Shown in pieces: positions 8,862 through 16,279 of a DNA stretch of 32,000 nt. Each line of letters opens with the position of its first letter. The stretch's first letter is position 1. The DNA is from Phycisphaera mikurensis NBRC 102666. Its GTDB lineage: Bacteria; Planctomycetota; Phycisphaerae; Phycisphaerales; Phycisphaeraceae. The notes below the pieces were generated by a model. The model was given only the letters and a program-made list of their open reading frames with translations. It did not search any database and was not told where the DNA came from. The DNA is taken from contig NC_017080.1 of the NCBI RefSeq assembly GCF_000284115.1, positions 2,130,001-2,162,000 of the forward strand, read 5' to 3'. Position numbers and translations under genes: made by a program.

Positions 8862-10745
8862 GTGCCCCAAGACTCGCTCCCACCCCGACCTCCGGACGCC
8901 GCGGACGCGGGACCGCCGCACCTCCTGTCGATCGCGCTGGAAGACTATTTCGATGCGCGGCCCTTCCACCAGCTGATCTCCGAGCGGCACCGCCGCCGGC
9001 TGGAGTCGCGGATCCCGGCCCAGACCGACCGGGTGCTCGCGCTGCTCGACCGCATCGGCGCCCGCGCCACGTTCTTCTCGCTGGGCCGCCTCGCCGAGAC
9101 GCACGGCCCGACCCTGCGGCGGGTGGCGGCGGCGGGGCACGAGGTGGCGGCCCGCGACTGGGACCCGTCGCCGCTGCTGCCCGCGGCGAGCGAGGACGAC
9201 GCGGCGGTGCACGAGCGGCTCGGCGCGGGCGCGCGCCGCAGCCGGTTGGCCCTCGCCGAAGCGAGCGGCACCGCGGTGTGCGGATTCCGCGTCGCCCGCG
9301 GCCGCTTCGGCGTCCGCGGGCTCGGCACGCTGGAGGCGATCGCCGCGGCGGGCTTCGCCTACGACTCCAGCTTCTACCCGAGCCTGCGGGACGGCCGGAC
9401 GCGCCCGCTGGCCCGCTTCCCGTTCGTGTACGAGTCGGCCCGGGGCCCGCTGGTGGAGATGCCCGTCTCCACGTGGGGCCCGCGGCGGCTGACGGTCCCT
9501 CTGGGCGGGGGCAACGTGTTCCGCCAGATGCCCGGCCGCGGCGTGGAGTGGATGCTGCGCGACTACGCCAGCCGCTACACCTCGCCGCTGAACCTCTACT
9601 TCCACGTGTGGGAGTTCGACGAGCAGCTGCCGCGGCTGGGCGTCGGCAGCCGGCTCACGCGGATCCGCCGCTACCGCAACCTCGCCGCGGTCCAGCCGCT
9701 GCTCACTCGGCTGGCGAAGCGGCACCGCTTCATCTCCATCCGCGACTACCTCTGCGGCGACGACGCCCCCGAAGCGGAGCGGGCGGCCTTCCGGCGCGCG
9801 GGGGAGCGCGTGGCCGGGGCTCCCTGTGCGGCCGCGTCCACGGACCGACGCCTGCTCCAAGGCTCGGGCCCGGCCGAGACTCCCGCGCCCCTGCCCGCGG
9901 CCGTACCCGAACCCGAAGCGCCGGACTCCGGCGGGTCCGGCGGGTCCGGCGACGACCTTCCGCCGCTCACGCTGGTCGTGCCCTGCTACGCGGAGGCGGC
10001 GGTGCTGGGCTACACGGCCGAGGCGCTCGGCGAGCTCGAGGCGGCGCTGCAGCCCCGGGCGTTGCGGGTGATCTTCGTCGACGACGCCAGCCCCGACAAC
10101 ACCGCCGCGGAGCTGGAGCGACGCTTCGGCGGCCGCGCGGGCTGGTCGGTGCTGCGGCACCCGCAGAACCGGGGCGTGGCGGCCGCCATCCTCACCGGGC
10201 TCCGTGCCGCCGAGACGGACCTCGTCGCCTCGATGGACTGCGACTGCACCTACGACCCGATGCTCTTCGCGGAGATGATCCCGCGCTTCGAGGAAGCCCG
10301 CCGCCGCGACGACCAAGTGGCCGTGCTGACCGCCTCGCCCTACCACCCCGAGGGCGCGGTCCTCCACGTGCCGGCGTGGCGGCTGGGCCTCTCGCGCGGG
10401 CTTTCGGCCGCGTACCGGCGGCTGCTCGACGCCCCGCTGTACACGTTCACCGCGTGCGTGCGGATCTACCACGGCCCCGCGGTCGCCGGCCTCACGCTCC
10501 GCCACGGCGGCTTCCTGGGGATCGCCGAGGTGGTGGTGGAACTCGACCGCCGCGGCTTCCGGATCCTCGAGCAGCCGGCAACGCTGGAGTCGCGGCTGCT
10601 GGGCACCTCGAAGATGAGAACGCTGCGCACGATCCGGGCCCACCTCGGGCTGCTCCGCCGCGTGGCCGGGCTTCGCCTCCGCGGCCGGTACCGGGTCGGC
10701 GACCGCGGGCCCGGCGTTGCCGGCGCCGAGCCCGCCGGCGGTTGA
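8862..10745 (+). CDS. Fusion protein: XrtA-type polysaccharide deacetylase-like domain plus GT2 glycosyltransferase
   Basis: N-terminus: LLSIALEDYFDARPFHQ, RIGARATFFSLGRLAETHGPTLRRVAAAGHEVAA, FAYDSSFYPS, LYFHVWEFDEQLPRLG. C-terminus: LTLVVPCYAEAAVLGYTAEALGEL, VIFVDDASPDNTAAEL, SMDCDCTYDP. GTG 8862 is chosen as start; exact start uncertain. Confidence 0.85.
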   Translation: MPQDSLPPRPPDAADAGPPHLLSIALEDYFDARPFHQLISERHRRRLESRIPAQTDRVLALLDRIGARATFFSLGRLAETHGPTLRRVAAAGHEVAARDWDPSPLLPAASEDDAAVHERLGAGARRSRLALAEASGTAVCGFRVARGRFGVRGLGTLEAIAAAGFAYDSSFYPSLRDGRTRPLARFPFVYESARGPLVEMPVSTWGPRRLTVPLGGGNVFRQMPGRGVEWMLRDYASRYTSPLNLYFHVWEFDEQLPRLGVGSRLTRIRRYRNLAAVQPLLTRLAKRHRFISIRDYLCGDDAPEAERAAFRRAGERVAGAPCAAASTDRRLLQGSGPAETPAPLPAAVPEPEAPDSGGSGGSGDDLPPLTLVVPCYAEAAVLGYTAEALGELEAALQPRALRVIFVDDASPDNTAAELERRFGGRAGWSVLRHPQNRGVAAAILTGLRAAETDLVASMDCDCTYDPMLFAEMIPRFEEARRRDDQVAVLTASPYHPEGAVLHVPAWRLGLSRGLSAAYRRLLDAPLYTFTACVRIYHGPAVAGLTLRHGGFLGIAEVVVELDRRGFRILEQPATLESRLLGTSKMRTLRTIRAHLGLLRRVAGLRLRGRYRVGDRGPGVAGAEPAGG

Positions 10746-10746
10746 C

Positions 10747-11031
10747 TCAGTCTTCCGGCTTCGGCGCCGGCTCGGCTTGCCGCTGGATCCGCGTCGAGGG
10801 GACGTTGCCCAGCCGCTTGCCGGTCTGCCGCAGCGCCTCGTACTCCGCCCGGCTGATGCGTTCGGTGGTCCCGTCGCTCCGCGTGACCTCGTAGTACCGG
10901 CAGCCGCCCAGCGTCGCCAGCGCGAGGACCACGCAGCCCGCGGTGCGCCCCGAGCGGGAGCCCGCGATGCCCACCGGTCGGCGGCTCGCGGCACCGAACG
11001 GGCCGGCGGCGTGGGTGGAGATCGGCGGCAT
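10747..11031 (-). CDS. Small putative lipoprotein (94 aa)
   Basis: VVLALATLGGC lipobox-like segment, then YYEVTRSDGTTERISRAEYEALR; a TACCGT box lies exactly 6 nt upstream of the ATG. Confidence 0.65.
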   Translation of the reverse strand: MPPISTHAAGPFGAASRRPVGIAGSRSGRTAGCVVLALATLGGCRYYEVTRSDGTTERISRAEYEALRQTGKRLGNVPSTRIQRQAEPAPKPED

Positions 11032-11092
11032 CGCGCAACGGTAGCGAGCGCCCCCCGCACCGCGACGGGCTTGCCTTTCCGTTGGGCTGCGC

Positions 11093-11098
11093 TAGCGT
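11093..11098 (+). promoter_or_regulatory. Candidate -10 box (TAGCGT) with TTGCCT -35 at 11071..11076 (16-nt spacer) for the DUF883/YqjE-like/DUF3618 cluster
   Basis: TTGCCT-N16-TAGCGT upstream of the 11145 ATG. Confidence 0.45.
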
Positions 11099-11144
11099 CC
11101 GCCCGCACGGCGAGGCGTGCAAACACACTCCCTACTCCCAGGAA

Positions 11145-11885
11145 ATGCAGATGAACGACGAGCCCCAAACCGATCCCTCGGCGACCGAGAAAGCCCGCGG
11201 AAAGCTCGCGGAGCAGGCGGAGGCCGCCGCCGATCACCCCGAGACGCAGAAGGCGAAGAAGTCGCTGACGGACCTGAAGGACCAGGTCGCGGGCCAGGCC
11301 CGCGAGCACGCGGACGCCGCGAAGGAGCGGCTACACGGCCACGCCGAGGAGCGTCGGAACCGCGTGGCCGAGAACCTCCGCGGCGTCGCCTCGGGCCTGA
11401 AGACGGCCGCGGGCGAGATCCGCGAGAAGCCCGAGACCACGGCGTGGCAGGCCGATGGCATCGCCCGCGTCGCGTCGGTGGCGGAGCAGGCGGCGGACTA
11501 CCTCGGTGAGCGCGACACGAAGGAGCTGCTGACCGACGCCCGCGACTACGCCAAGAAGTACCCGCTCGCGACGATCGGCGGGGCCCTCGTGCTGGGTCTC
11601 GTCGGTGCCCGCCTGCTCAACGCCTCCAAGGAGCGGGATCACGGCTCCGCGTCGGGCTCCGCCGCGGCGGGGGCCAGCCGCTTCTCCGGCGGGGTCAGCG
11701 GCTCGTCCGGCGGCGCCGCCGGCGGCTCGGTCGGGGCGGCCGGTGGGTCCGCCAGCCATCCCGCCGCGGATCACGTGCACGGAACGATGACGCCCGCGGC
11801 TCCCGGCCCCTCCGTGCCGGCCGACGTGCCGCCGCCGCCGACGCGCCGCTTCGAGCCCTCGGCTCCGCCACCGACCGGCGCCTGA
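11145..11885 (+). CDS. YqjD/ElaB-like (DUF883-like) membrane-anchored helical protein
   Basis: MQMNDEPQTDPSATEKARGKLAEQAEAAAD..., long charged helix, then YAKKYPLATIGGALVLGLVGARLL and a Gly/Ser/Ala-rich tail. Confidence 0.72.
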   Translation: MQMNDEPQTDPSATEKARGKLAEQAEAAADHPETQKAKKSLTDLKDQVAGQAREHADAAKERLHGHAEERRNRVAENLRGVASGLKTAAGEIREKPETTAWQADGIARVASVAEQAADYLGERDTKELLTDARDYAKKYPLATIGGALVLGLVGARLLNASKERDHGSASGSAAAGASRFSGGVSGSSGGAAGGSVGAAGGSASHPAADHVHGTMTPAAPGPSVPADVPPPPTRRFEPSAPPPTGA

Positions 11886-11938
11886 CGCCTCCCGCCGCCC
11901 GCCGCCCGGACCTCCCGCACCTTCGCACCCGACCGACC

Positions 11939-12457
11939 ATGACCGCTCTCGCTGACCCCAACCCCGGCGCCGTTCCCCCGCCCGTCCCCCAGCGTCCCGA
12001 TCTCTCCGCCGCGGATCGCTCCGCCGGCCCCCGCTCCGCGCCACGGGGCCGGCCCGGGTACGCCACGCTCCTCCGCGAGCTGCGGGACGACATGATCCTG
12101 CTCGCCAAGCAGGAGTTCGCCCTCGCCAAGACCGAGACCTCCCGCAACGCGGCGACGATCGCGAGCAACGCGGCGAAGGCGGTCGCGTACGGCGCCCTGG
12201 CCCTGGTCGGCGTCCTGCTGATTCTCGTCGGCCTCTCCTTCGCTCTGGGCTGGCTCTTCACCGAGGCGGGCATGCTCGCGGTGCCGGCCATCGCGTGCGG
12301 TTTCCTGGTCTTCGGCGCCTTCGTGACGATCGTCTTCGCGGTCCTGCTCTACGGAGCCACCAAGACGCTGCGGGAGGCGAACGCGCTGCCGCAACGCAGC
12401 CTCGACTCGCTCAACGCCGACGCGAACCTGGCCGCCCGCGCCGCGTCCGGCCGCTGA
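11939..12457 (+). CDS. YqjE-like/'phage holin family' (DUF1469-like) membrane protein
   Basis: LLRELRDDMILLAKQEFALAKTETSRNAATIASNAAKAVAYGALALVGVLLILVGLSFALG, followed by a second hydrophobic hairpin. Confidence 0.8.
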   Translation: MTALADPNPGAVPPPVPQRPDLSAADRSAGPRSAPRGRPGYATLLRELRDDMILLAKQEFALAKTETSRNAATIASNAAKAVAYGALALVGVLLILVGLSFALGWLFTEAGMLAVPAIACGFLVFGAFVTIVFAVLLYGATKTLREANALPQRSLDSLNADANLAARAASGR

Positions 12458-12501
12458 AGCCGGCCCCGCCGCTCCTCCCCCCACACCCGCTATCCGACGC
12501 C

Positions 12502-13860
12502 ATGACGCCCCACGATCCCGACTACCAGAACCCCCGCACCGCCGACGCGGCCGTGCCCGCTTACGCCGCCGACGACCGCTCGCCACAGGAGATCGACCGC
12601 GACCTCCGCGCGACCCGCGCCCGCATCGACCGCCACCTCGACGAGCTGACGCGGCGGGCGAACCCGATCAACCTCGCGAAGAGCCTGCTCGGTGGATCGT
12701 CGAAGCGGGGCGGCGCCGGCGCCGGCGGCCTCGGCGGCACGCCGGGCAGCGACCGCTCCGACGACGGGGACGCCGCGGACGGCGGCGACGGCGAATCGAC
12801 CTTCGCGGAGGTCCGCGACGCGGTCGTCGACAAAGCCCGCCGCAACCCGATCGGGCTCGCGCTGATCGCCGGCGGCTTGGCCTGGTCCCTCCTCGTCGAG
12901 GACGACCGGGCGGTGCTCGGCCGCGCCCGGGAGGGCTACCACGCCGCCCGTGACCGCGCCGCCGGCGCGATGGGCGGGGACGACGAGAACACGATCCGGC
13001 GGGGCCGTCGGGTCGCCGTCGCGGGCTCGGCGCACCCGATGATGCCTTCGGGACGCTCGACGACGGGCGCTTACGCGGTCGGAGGCTCGGGGTCCTCGTC
13101 CTCCGACGACGACGGGGGGCCGGGCGTCGCCGATCGGCTGAAGTCCGCCGCCTCGGCGGCGGGTTCGCGGGCCTCGTCGGGTGCCGACGCGGCGGGCAAC
13201 GCGGCGTCGGGCTTCGCGTCGTCGGTGGGTGACGCGGCGTCGGGCGCGGCGGAGACGGTCAGCGACGCGGCCTCCTCGATCGGCGGCTTCCTCGGCAGCG
13301 CCGCCAGCCGGCTGCGGACCCGCGGATCCTCCGGCGTCCAGGCCGCCGGCGACACCGGCTCCCGCGTGGTCGGGCGCGGCGGCGACGCCGGCTCCCGCCT
13401 CGTCGAAGCCGCCAAGGCCAACCCGCTGCTCGCCGCCGGCGTCGCCGCCGGGCTCGGGCTGCTGCTCGGCTCGCTGGTGCCCGAGACCCAGGCGGAGGAC
13501 GAGCTGTTCGGCGAGAAGGCGGACGAGCTGAAGGGATCCGCCCGCGAGCGGGCCCAGGAGGCCGCGGAGCAGGCCAAGCAGAAGGCGATGGATGCCGGCG
13601 AACGCGTCAAGGAGGAGGCGCTCGATGCCGGCTCCCGGCTCGCCGACGCCGCGACCGACGCCAAGGAGGACCTCGTCCACGCGGCGTCCGAGGAGCTGCA
13701 GAACGCCTCGGAGAAGGCTCAAGACGCGGTCGACGAGGCCGTGCCGCCGCCCTCCGAAACCGAGGGCAAGATCGACGCGGCGGCCGACCGAGCCGACGAC
13801 GCGGCGGCCGAGGCCTCGCAGAAAGCCGATGACGCCGTCGGGGGCGAGAAGAAAGACTGA
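12502..13860 (+). CDS. DUF3618-like domain protein with a long LEA-like helical repeat C-terminus
   Basis: DDRSPQEIDRDLRATRARIDRHLDELTRRANP (DUF3618-like), then Ala/Asp/Lys-rich amphipathic repeats such as AAEQAKQKAMDAGERVKEEALDAGSRLADAATDAKEDL. Confidence 0.78.
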   Translation: MTPHDPDYQNPRTADAAVPAYAADDRSPQEIDRDLRATRARIDRHLDELTRRANPINLAKSLLGGSSKRGGAGAGGLGGTPGSDRSDDGDAADGGDGESTFAEVRDAVVDKARRNPIGLALIAGGLAWSLLVEDDRAVLGRAREGYHAARDRAAGAMGGDDENTIRRGRRVAVAGSAHPMMPSGRSTTGAYAVGGSGSSSSDDDGGPGVADRLKSAASAAGSRASSGADAAGNAASGFASSVGDAASGAAETVSDAASSIGGFLGSAASRLRTRGSSGVQAAGDTGSRVVGRGGDAGSRLVEAAKANPLLAAGVAAGLGLLLGSLVPETQAEDELFGEKADELKGSARERAQEAAEQAKQKAMDAGERVKEEALDAGSRLADAATDAKEDLVHAASEELQNASEKAQDAVDEAVPPPSETEGKIDAAADRADDAAAEASQKADDAVGGEKKD

Positions 13861-13985
13861 CGCGTGCGGCGTGGCTCCACGGCCGGCCCAACCGGCGAGA
13901 CCGGCCGCGGGGGGGGTTGCAGCGGAGGCGTCACGCCGCGGCGTGGTGGCTTCGTTGGGTCGCGGAGCGGCGGTAGCCTGCCGCC

Positions 13986-15065
13986 GTGAGGCTTCTGTAC
14001 AGCTACGGCCTCGACCTGCCCGCGCCCGTCGCGGCGCCGATCCAGATCCTCCACACGGCTCACGCTCTGGCCGAGCGGGGGGTGGACGTGACGACCGCCT
14101 GGCGGAACGTTGCGGAGCCCGATGCGGTGCTGCGGGAGCTGGGCCTCGGTCCGCACCCGCGGCTGCGGCTGGTGGAGGCCGCGGGCGGCCGCTCGCTCCG
14201 ACGGGCGGCGCGCGGGTGCGACGTGGTGATGTCGCGTGGCGAGCACGGCGTGCGGTCGTACGCCGCCCTCGGAGGCGCCCGGCCGTTCGTGTACGAAACG
14301 CACCGGCCGGTGGTGTCCGCACCCCGGTTTTTCGCTCGCCTCCGCGGCCCGTCGGCCGCCCGGCTGGAGGCGGCCGCGGTGCGTGGCTGCGCCGGGCTCG
14401 TCGGCGTGTCACGCGGAGCCCTCGAGGAGATGCGATCCCGCCACGGCGGCCATGCCCCGGAGCTCGTGCTCCCCAGCGGCACGGACCCGCCCGCGGAGGG
14501 CCCGGAGCCGCCGCGTGACCTCGACGTCGTCTACGCGGGCAAGGTGGAGGCCCGCAAGGGGCTCGGTGTGCTGCTCGAGTCGATGCGGTGCATGCCGGGC
14601 GTGACGCTCGCCGTCGTCGGCGGCAGCGCACCCGAGCTCGCGGCGCTCCGGCCGGCCGTGGCCCGAGCGGAGGCCGCCGGCGCGCGGATCCAACTCGTCG
14701 GCCGGGTCCGACCCGCTGCGGTGCGCGGGTGGTTCCGCCGCGCCCGCGTGGGCGTCTGCCCGCTGCCGCTGGGCCTGAGCGCGACGTCCGAGCGGTTCAC
14801 CAGCCCGATGAAGATCGTGGAGATGATGGCTTGCGGCACGCCGATCGTCGCGAGCGACCTGCCCAGCGTGCGGGAGCTGCTGACCGACGGGGTCAACGCG
14901 AAGCTGGTGCCGCCGAGCGATCCGGCGGCGCTGGCCGCCGCCCTGCGCGGCCTGCTGGACCACCCCGAGCCCGCGCTCGTCGGGCGTGCGCGGACCGACG
15001 CCCTCGGGCTCACCTGGGCAGCGCGGGCCGAGAAGCTCCACCGCTTCCTCGAACGCATCGCCTGA
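13986..15065 (+). CDS. Glycosyltransferase family 4
   Basis: LDVVYAGKVEARKGLGVLLESM, SERFTSPMKIVEMMACGTPIVASDLPSVRELLTDGVNAKLVPPSDPAALAAALR. GTG start. Confidence 0.92.
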   Translation: MRLLYSYGLDLPAPVAAPIQILHTAHALAERGVDVTTAWRNVAEPDAVLRELGLGPHPRLRLVEAAGGRSLRRAARGCDVVMSRGEHGVRSYAALGGARPFVYETHRPVVSAPRFFARLRGPSAARLEAAAVRGCAGLVGVSRGALEEMRSRHGGHAPELVLPSGTDPPAEGPEPPRDLDVVYAGKVEARKGLGVLLESMRCMPGVTLAVVGGSAPELAALRPAVARAEAAGARIQLVGRVRPAAVRGWFRRARVGVCPLPLGLSATSERFTSPMKIVEMMACGTPIVASDLPSVRELLTDGVNAKLVPPSDPAALAAALRGLLDHPEPALVGRARTDALGLTWAARAEKLHRFLERIA

Positions 15066-15271
15066 TCCACGCCCCGCGCCGGGTCCCGCTTCCGCGTCCG
15101 CGGCACCCGCCGCGGCCGCGCAGCGACGCGTTCTTCGACGCTCCCCGCCCAAGCGACGCCCTCCGCGTGCACCGGACGGAGGCTTCCCCACCTCTCCCTC
15201 ATGAACATGAAGTAGCGTCGGCGTTTTGGCGCGTCACGCGTCCATCCGCTGCCCGCCAACCGGCCCCCCGC

Positions 15272-16171
15272 ATGCCCCGACACTTTCTCGAGATCGGCGA
15301 CCTCTCCCGCGACGAGCTCGTCGGCGTCCTCCGCTGTGCCCACGCCCTCCGGAGCGAACGCGACCGCGACGAGCGGACGCAGCCGCTGCGCCGCCGCACG
15401 CTCGCGATGCTCTTCGAGAAGCCGTCGCTGCGGACGCGGGTGAGCTTCGAGCAGGGCATGCTCGAGCTCGGCGGGGCGGCGATCGTGCTCGGCCGCGACG
15501 AGGTCGGGCTCGGCAAGCGTGAGGCCGTCGCCGACGTGGGCCGCGTGCTGGGGGGCATGGTCCACGGGATCGCGGCGCGCGTCTTCGACCACCGCCACCT
15601 CGTCGAGCTCGCGGGGAGCGGGGGGGTGCCGGTGATCAACATGCTGTCCGACCGGCACCACCCGGCGCAGGCGCTCGCCGACGCGCTGACCCTGATGGAC
15701 GCCTTCAGCCCCGGCGAGCCGGAGGGCCTCGCCGGCCGCAAGGTCGCCTTCGTGGGCGACGGCGACAACAACGTCGCCCGCTCGCTCGCCGGGGTCTGCG
15801 CCGCACTCGGCGTCGCCTTCGCCTGCGCTTCCCCCGCCGGCCACCGGCTGGAGGAAGGGCACGGCGACCGCTTCGAGGATCCCCGCGAAGCGGTCGCCGC
15901 GGCCGACGCCGTCTACGCCGACACGTTCGTCTCCATGGGCAGCGAGGACGAGAAGGCCGATCGGCTGGAGGCCTTCGGCCCCTACCGCCTCGACGAGGCG
16001 CTGCTGGATGCCGCGGCCCCGGGCGTGATCGCGTTGCACTGCCTGCCCGCCTACCGCGGCGTCGAGGTGACCAACGGCGTGCTCGACGGCCCCCGGTCCC
16101 GCGTCTTCGAGCAGGCGCACAACCGGCTGCACGCACAGAAGGGCCTGCTGGCCTTCCTCCTCGGCGGCTGA
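15272..16171 (+). CDS. argF: Ornithine carbamoyltransferase
   Basis: MLFEKPSLRTRVSFEQGMLELGG, HHPAQALADALTLMDAF, FVGDGDNNVARSL, YADTFVSMGSEDE, HCLPAYRGVEVTNGVLDGPRSRVFEQAHNRLHAQKGLL. Confidence 0.93.
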   Translation: MPRHFLEIGDLSRDELVGVLRCAHALRSERDRDERTQPLRRRTLAMLFEKPSLRTRVSFEQGMLELGGAAIVLGRDEVGLGKREAVADVGRVLGGMVHGIAARVFDHRHLVELAGSGGVPVINMLSDRHHPAQALADALTLMDAFSPGEPEGLAGRKVAFVGDGDNNVARSLAGVCAALGVAFACASPAGHRLEEGHGDRFEDPREAVAAADAVYADTFVSMGSEDEKADRLEAFGPYRLDEALLDAAAPGVIALHCLPAYRGVEVTNGVLDGPRSRVFEQAHNRLHAQKGLLAFLLGG

Positions 16172-16279
16172 GGCGGCTGCTTCTTGAGCCCTCGGCCTCC
16201 GACGCATCTTCCGATCACGGGCGATGCCCGGGGGCCGAGCATCTGGCTGGTCGAGTCGAGATGTTCCGAAGGTCGAGCC

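Noticed and set aside
11939-12457. Possible phage holin indicating a prophage
   Set aside because: The YqjE/DUF1469 family is often labelled 'phage holin family' but is a chromosomal membrane protein family. No other phage genes are nearby.
13181-13860. Repetitive GC/GA-rich coding stretch as a candidate tandem repeat or CRISPR-like array
   Set aside because: It encodes an uninterrupted amphipathic helical repeat protein; units are irregular at the nucleotide level with no conserved direct repeats and spacers.
14988-15033. Additional 46-bp dyad-like candidate in the GT4 gene (GCGCGGACCG-N26-CGGGCCGAGA)
   Set aside because: The right arm matches at only 7/10 positions, which is within what chance can give in coding GC-rich sequence.
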